This document shows positions 39,110 through 46,113 of a DNA stretch of 46,113 nt, piece after piece; position 1 is the stretch's first letter; every line of letters begins with the position of its first letter. The DNA lies in the NCBI RefSeq assembly GCF_006345805.1, contig NW_021835211.1, positions 1 through 46,113 of the forward strand, given 5' to 3'. This DNA is from Octopus sinensis (taxonomy: Eukaryota). The position numbers and the translations under genes were made by a program. Under the pieces are notes generated by a model that was not told where the DNA came from, searched no databases, and saw only the letters and a program-made list of their open reading frames with translations.

Positions 39110-39510
39110 ATACACATACCTACATACATAAATACCTACATACATACAAACATACATACACACATACATACTTACATACATACGTACATACATATATGCA
39201 TATATACATACACACATACATACCTACATACATAAATACCTACATACATACAAACATACATACACACATACATACCTACATACATAAATACCTACATACA
39301 TACAAACATACATACACACATACATACTTACATACATACGTACATACATATGTGCATATAGACATACACACATACATACCTACATACATAAATACCTACA
39401 TACATACAAAAATACATACACACATACATACCTACATACATAAATACCTACATACATACAAAAACATACATACAACATACATACCTACATACATAAATAC
39501 CTATACATAC
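39110..39510. repeat. TACA-derived minisatellite with 52/104-bp subunits (156-bp higher-order unit)
   Basis: Marker CATAAATACC at 39127, 39231, 39283, 39387, 39439 and 39492. Confidence 0.8.
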
Positions 39511-40335
39511 AAACATAAATACACACAACATACCTACAACATACGATACATACATATATGCATATATACATGTATACGTACATACATCATGCATATATAC
39601 ATAACATACATATAATATATACATACCAGATAATATATACATACATATATTTATACATAACATACATATATTTATATAGATAGATACATACATACATACA
39701 TACATACAATAATTATACATACATACATACATACATACATACATACATACATACATACATACATACATACATGCAGACATCGCTATACGTGCTGACACAT
39801 ATACAGGTAATCATAAATACGCGCGTACATACATACATACATTCACACACACTCACACACACACACACACACACAACACACACACACACACAATCATACG
39901 CACACACATTTACATACATATGCAGAAACACGTCGATATCGTACATAAATTATTTATTCATTCTCTCCTACTAAAAGAAGTTTTTCCAGCAGAGCAGCGC
40001 CACCTAGCCGAGCATGTGATCATTATTATGGTTGCATGCATGGGGAATCATAGAGCTGTGTGGAACTCTAACAGACTGCAACTTTCACCAAAAACAAGCC
40101 ATCTTGTAGTGTGTAGTAGGGTACAGAACTAACACAACACCCATCGCAGCCAATGGACTGGAAACGTAAAATAACTTCCCGCAAAAACATTTCACTGTGA
40201 AAGACGGACGATTTAAGTCAATGAACTTGGCGCTTGTTTTGTTGATTTTCCTTCTTCCATTTTTGTTTTCTTCCTACACATGCATACATACGTGTGTGTG
40301 TGGGTGTATGAATGTATATGTGTGAATATGTTTAT

Positions 40336-40410
<75 letters not shown>

Positions 40411-40544
40411 GTATATATATGTATGTATTATACGTAGACACCGGTGGGTGTTGCGTGTGTGTGTGTGTCTGTTTAAATAATGAAAGATTGACTTTCTCTT
40501 TCACGCTCATTATCTCACTCTCTCCTTTTCTCTAGTCTTACTCT

Positions 40545-40585
<41 letters not shown>

Positions 40586-40646
40586 CTCCCCTATTTTTTC
40601 TCTTGCGTTTTCTTTCTTTTTCCCACTATATTTCTCGTTACGCAGG

Positions 40647-40684
<38 letters not shown>

Positions 40685-41261
40685 ACACACCACACACCAC
40701 ACATGAATGTTTGTTAATTACTGAAAATACGATTGTGTTCGTGATTAATTTTGATACTACACACACACATACACATACGCACAACACATAGACATATCTA
40801 TATAAGTCTACTCTATGTGTGTATGTATGGAAAGTATATATATATATATTATATATATATATATATATTATATATATATATATATATCTATAATATATAT
40901 ATATAACATACATACATACATACAAACATACATACATACATAATATACATACATACATACATACAACATACATTATACAACACATACATACATACCTACA
41001 ATACATACATACATGCATACATACAAACATACATACGACATACATACATACATACATACATACATACATACACACAATTTGTCTGAAGCCCCTATGCACC
41101 TACAGGTAAAACTCATAATAGCAAAATTAAATATATTATCAACCACTATCATGGTATTGAATCCTCTTCATTGGAAGAGTTAAGATTGAATGTGCGTATA
41201 CATACGTATATGTACCTATATATATACATATATATATGCGTGTGTGTGAATGTATATATAA

Positions 41262-41370
<109 letters not shown>

Positions 41371-41642
41371 GAAGGCATACGCTCATACATAAACGGAAAC
41401 TTTCTCCTTTTTCTCTTTCCCTCTTGCGTTATCATAAACATGGACATATATGCTCAAACGCACTTACACATAGACATATGTACAAACACAAAATCAGTGT
41501 TACGCACACACACACACAACACGTGACATATGTGAATGTGTATGTGTATGTACTAACATGTATACAAATATATATATATATATACACACATATATAAATA
41601 TGAATATATAAATGTATATATATATATGTGTGTGTATGTATG

Positions 41643-41673
<31 letters not shown>

Positions 41674-41844
41674 TCATAATTTGGCTGCCACTTCTAGCAA
41701 AGTGAGCCTTATAGAGACTCCCTCGTGCATTCGGGTGATTGTTTTCGTTTATGTATGCATAAGTCTCTCTCTGTCTCGCCATGCTGGACCGCTGAAATCT
41801 ACAAGTCTGTTTCACCTGGTTTCTCTGGCTATTTTCTCTTGTTG

Positions 41845-41880
41845 CTTTCTGTTGAAGAGCGTAGGCTCGAAATGTAAAAG
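41845..41880 (+). ncRNA. Hammerhead-like motif, U6 variant (family A, second copy)
   Basis: CUUU-CUGUUGA-A-GAGC(GUAG)GCUC-GAA-AUGU-A-AAAG; identical to 1301-1336 except for one C>T in stem III. Confidence 0.55.
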
Positions 41881-41959
41881 ACATTTTTCATTTTCCCCGA
41901 GCGTCAAACTAATACACTTGCTTGTTGTTCATATACCTGTCTTCGTCTTTTGTTTTCAA

Positions 41960-41962
<3 letters not shown>

Positions 41963-42053
<91 letters not shown>

Positions 42054-42067
42054 GTGTGTGTGTGTGT
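41963..42067. repeat. (TG)n microsatellite
   Basis: Near-perfect ~105-bp run. Confidence 0.95.
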
Positions 42068-42708
42068 CACCTCTGGAGTTTGCCAACGACCACTCTGCCG
42101 ATAGGTAAATGAACAGAATAAATTTGCAATCTATAAATCTCTTTGAATGACCAATCACTTATCTAGAAAGGCGTTGAAATCAGTGTTACCATTTGGGGTC
42201 TGTCACAAACCCAGTGATAATAAAAAGACGGTATGAGTGATATAAATGATATAAATACACAGCGTGAGAGAGAGAGTGAAGTAAACAGATATAGAGTGAA
42301 GTAAAATGATATAAAGGAATACAGAGAGAGAGCGGGGATGAGGTGGTCATCTTCTGTGGCACTCACAGATGCTTGAACTTTAAACTTAAGTGAAAATTTT
42401 CAAATTGAGTTGTGTGGTTTAAGAAACAAGCTTTGGAAAAATAATTTATTCTCCTTAATAAATTGTACTTCATATTCGAGGTTCCGATGAAGCGATAAGG
42501 TGTTACTTAGGTACACAACTATGTGTCCACTGCATCGTATAGCAGAAACAACTGCAAGCTATAGAAGTTCATAAGATAATCGTTTATCCCTTTCTCACTT
42601 CGTTTTTTTATTACCGCTCTGGACTCGACTAACACATCGTTCCGAAGCATACGTACACTGGGTTCTACACCAGGTTATTAGACTCGCAATGCCTAAGTGA
42701 TATTCATA

Positions 42709-43101
42709 TCTATATATATAAAACTGAAGTTGTGTGGTGTCTGTCTCCTACGATTTTGATTCCTAACTACTCCCACATTTTGCGGTACAGTTTAACCAAA
42801 ATCTCTATATATAAAACTGAAGTTGTGTGGTGTCTGTCTCCTACGATTTTGATTCCTAACTACTCCCACATTTTGCGGTGCAGTTTAACCAAAATCGGGT
42901 ATCTTATAGTCGTGATTCATATCGAGCCCTTCTGGGTATTAGCGCGCGTCTACGATAAGTCTACGATTTAAAAAAAAATTTACCATAATTTTTTCCATTT
43001 TTAATGCATTCTTTTGCTATTATATAAGGGAAGTAACTCTCTAAAATGCTTATATAGTTATTTCCCTTACAAACCCGAGCAACGCCGGGCGATACTGCTA
43101 G
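42709..43101 (+). mobile_element. Non-autonomous Helitron with tandemly duplicated 5' end
   Basis: A|TCTATATATA start, subterminal hairpin CCCGAGCAACGCCGGG, CTAG|T end, no TSD; first ~93 bp duplicated. Confidence 0.9.
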
Positions 43102-43140
43102 TATATATATATATATATATTATAATATATATATATATAT

Positions 43141-43591
43141 ATTGAATTTCTAAATGTCTCAGTGAGACATGAGCGGTGCTGGGGCGATATAGTGGTTGTA
43201 TATTGTCAACTCAACGTGACAGTCCCGTAAAGGGAATCACACCACCGTTATTTAACCCTAGGAAGCATCGACGCTTCCTGTCGGCTTTGACACATTCCTG
43301 AGTCCTTATATTTGCAAAGGGGAGGCAAGCACCCCCGCCGCCAGCTAGGATTATCACCTGAAGATATGCATGGTTCTGAGTCTTGCTCGTCATCAGTCCA
43401 GGGTAGTAAGTCCTGCTAGCTGAGATGGCTGCAACCGCTTTGCAAATATATAATATTTTCAGTGAAATTTATTCACTGATCACCAAAATTAGAAATATTG
43501 AATTTCTAAATTGTCTCAGAGAGACATGAGCGGTGGTGTGATTCCCTTACGGGACTATCACGTTGAGTTGACAGTATACAACCACTGTATA
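43141..43591. mobile_element. Short element with direct and inverted terminal segments and a hammerhead motif (PLE pseudo-LTR/retrozyme-like, family D)
   Basis: Direct repeat 43141-43178/43497-43535; inverted repeat 43187-43247/43531-43591; hammerhead on the minus strand at 43357-43402. Confidence 0.7.
43357..43402 (-). ncRNA. Degenerate type-I hammerhead motif with canonical core
   Basis: CCUGGA-CUGAUGA-C-GAG(CAAGA)CUC-A-GAA-CCAUGCAUAU-C-UUCAGG; 6-bp stem I, near-palindromic stem III, about 3 changes from an ideal fold. Confidence 0.5.
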
Positions 43592-45019
43592 TATATAGAT
43601 ATATAATATTATATATATATATATATATATCTATATGTACATATTATTTTATGGTATATATATATATATAATTATATATATATATATATCTATATATATA
43701 TATATATAATATATATATATACATATATATATATTATATATATATAACAATATATATATATGTATACATATATATATACGTATAGATATGTATGTGTGTA
43801 TATGTGTGTATGTGTGCGCGTATGCATCTATGTATACACATACATACGTACACACGTACACACATACACATGCATACATACATGCATACATGCATACATA
43901 CCAGCGCCAGAGCATTCTTAAAACCTCCTGACTCTACAGAGGCCAGTCGAAAATTCGAGAAATCTCAAATGTCATCTCTCTATGGAAAAAGTTTCTATAC
44001 TTCAAAGAGGTCGAATTTCAGTATCGAACATTAATCATTAAATTCTGACTTGCTCAATATCACGTGTGCGATGGGGTGGGGGTGCGCGTGTGTGCGTTAG
44101 ATCATAAATTCACTATTCAAAACTAAGACGGCACTTCTATATACAAAACTATTGACACTTCTATATACCAGAATAATTATTATTAATTCAACAAATTTGT
44201 TGGGGTCTCAAGGCATAGATACTACTCTCAGTTTCAAAACAATCTACCTACGAGCTATTTTGTTGTTAACCACAGCAATACAGATTTATGACCAGGCTAT
44301 CCGTCCTTGACGAGTATCGGATCACAAATATCTAATGTAGATAAAAGCCAGAACATTTTTTACAACCAAGCCTCTTTCGACGAGAACAGCAACAGGCTAA
44401 ATACTACAAAACTCGTAATGTGTGCCCATCACTTGAATGAGAAAGCAGTGTACATGACTGCAACTGAAGGATCGGTTGAAAATTCTATCAGTACACGAAT
44501 TCGAGCGAATGTACGGCCGAGAGGAGAATGATACAGAAAAAAAAAATACTCACGTGTACCAGGATTTATATATAAATGTCAAAACAGAGATTATAGTCTT
44601 CTGCATGTACGAGGAAAATTATGCTCCGAAGTGAACTTTGCTTGCCATAAACCCCTAAAGAGGCCTAACTTTTATCTCTTAATGTTTTTCGTCAGCGTTT
44701 CCTCCTTATTTCTCCCTCTTTTTCACTCTCTCTCTCTTTCTCTCTATCTCTCTCTCTCTCTCTCAGCATATCTGTCTCCTTTTCCCCATTCTCAGTTCGC
44801 ATGTGCCAATGATCAGTACTCGTCAAATATGCGTATATTTATTGGCACATGCACACGAATATGTATGTGTGCGTGCGTGTGTGTGTGTGTGTGTGTGGTG
44901 TGTGTGTGTGTGTGTGTGTGTGTGTGATCATGGACAGATTTGTTGCTTTACAGAAGCAACAAATTGTTGTTTTACAGAAGGGTCGAAATTCTGTATTTCG
45001 CCCATTACTTATAGACTCC

Positions 45020-45200
45020 ATTTCTTCCTTTGAGTTTGATTGCAATATTTTTTGGGCATTATGGCTCTTAATGGTAACAAGGCCACTGTATTTTGTGCAG
45101 CTGTAGCTTATTTTCATGTTGTTTTTATTGAAGATCAGATGAAGCTTATGACCGTTCGAAAATACTTTCAGATCAAGGATCATACATTCTTACATTCATT
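45020..45200 (-). pseudogene. Penelope-like element ORF fragment (RT to GIY-YIG linker)
   Basis: LDLKVFSNGHKLHLIFNKNNMKISYSC....IKSHN.QKIL matches the PLE motif HFP..HKLHKIFNRN..K.SYSC..N...II..HN.KIL. Confidence 0.7.
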
Positions 45201-46113
45201 TTGTATTCTTTCTTTATATCAGTTTCATGGTAATTCTCAAAAACCTCGTTGAAAGGGACTTCATCAGATGATAATACATACTGAATAACGTTTCGTTTGG
45301 AGTTCATTTGGATACATTACGTTTATAGTTATTTTTTTTTTGTGGGGTAGTAGCGGAAGTTGTTTGATTGGGGTTGTTGAAGGGCTCATACAATTACGAT
45401 TTTAGTTTAAGCATGACATCCAGCAACTTTACATTAGAAGGTTTACACTAGCCATGGCTCTTTGGCCGAATTCATTAAACGTTGTAATTATCCGTTAGCT
45501 CAATATGACAGCTATCGTTCAATGTTGCTGTTCGAAAGCGTAAACTCGACATCTCAGTTCACACTTACACTAACACCAATAAAAGACATCACTATTTTGA
45601 AGTTGTAGGAACAAGTCTGCCAATTTGCATAACTCATAGCCATCAAAGCTACACATGGGACATCGGAATCTCACGTTCTGTCCATCAAACAATCTTGTTT
45701 CGTCCAGCAAACATTCTTGTTAAAAAAAAGGCGAGATCTCTTGTCAGATATAGTATTATGTAACACTTTTTTTTCCGATTCTATCTTCTTATTTTCTTTT
45801 TGACTCACTATTACATTTAAGGCACTAATTGTAAAGTCCAGTTAGTTTTTTTCTCAAATCGCCAATCAGTTTAGTGTTAAATTAATAATTGCAGTTTTTA
45901 TTTTTATTTTTATACAGTAACCCAGGGGTGAATGGCTCTTTTTATCTTTATATTGCAGTGAATGGTCCCTTTCACCTTCATATTTAAAATCAAATTTTGG
46001 GGTTTCAGATTGTTTTCTAGAGTCGTAAATCTTAATTTTCTAAAACATGGCTAGTAAAATTCTTCAATTTTGTAACCCTTTAAAACGGAAGATAAGAAAG
46101 TTCATTTTCGGCA

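Noticed and set aside
44307-44531. 74-aa non-repetitive ORF (also 785-1006, 6250-6441, 29725-29922)
   Set aside because: Short, non-ATG or weak starts, no recognisable motifs; expected by chance.

Overview
Eukaryotic, AT-rich, extremely microsatellite-dense DNA. Its repeat families look like those of an octopus (coleoid cephalopod) genome; that assignment is an inference from recalled repeat families. I can support no host protein-coding exon, so this is probably intronic or intergenic, and nearly all listed ORFs are translations of simple repeats. Recognisable content: decayed R4/Dong-type (RT + restriction-like endonuclease) non-LTR retrotransposons chained through (TAA)n tails; four Tc1/mariner relics (one full-length mariner with perfect 37-bp TIRs, one DD37D/maT, one 5' half, one head-to-head two-5'-end derivative); MITEs; a non-autonomous Helitron with a duplicated 5' head; several tRNA-derived SINE families; a 5S rRNA pseudogene; and a Penelope-like ORF remnant. 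The most unusual signal is a set of minimal type-I hammerhead ribozyme folds in at least four unrelated short non-coding elements, three of them in fold-back or inverted structures. Their cores show covariation of the 3:8 tertiary pair (C3:G8, A3:U8, G3:C8) and a recurrent U6 variant. These folds were parsed by eye, and ribozyme activity is untested.
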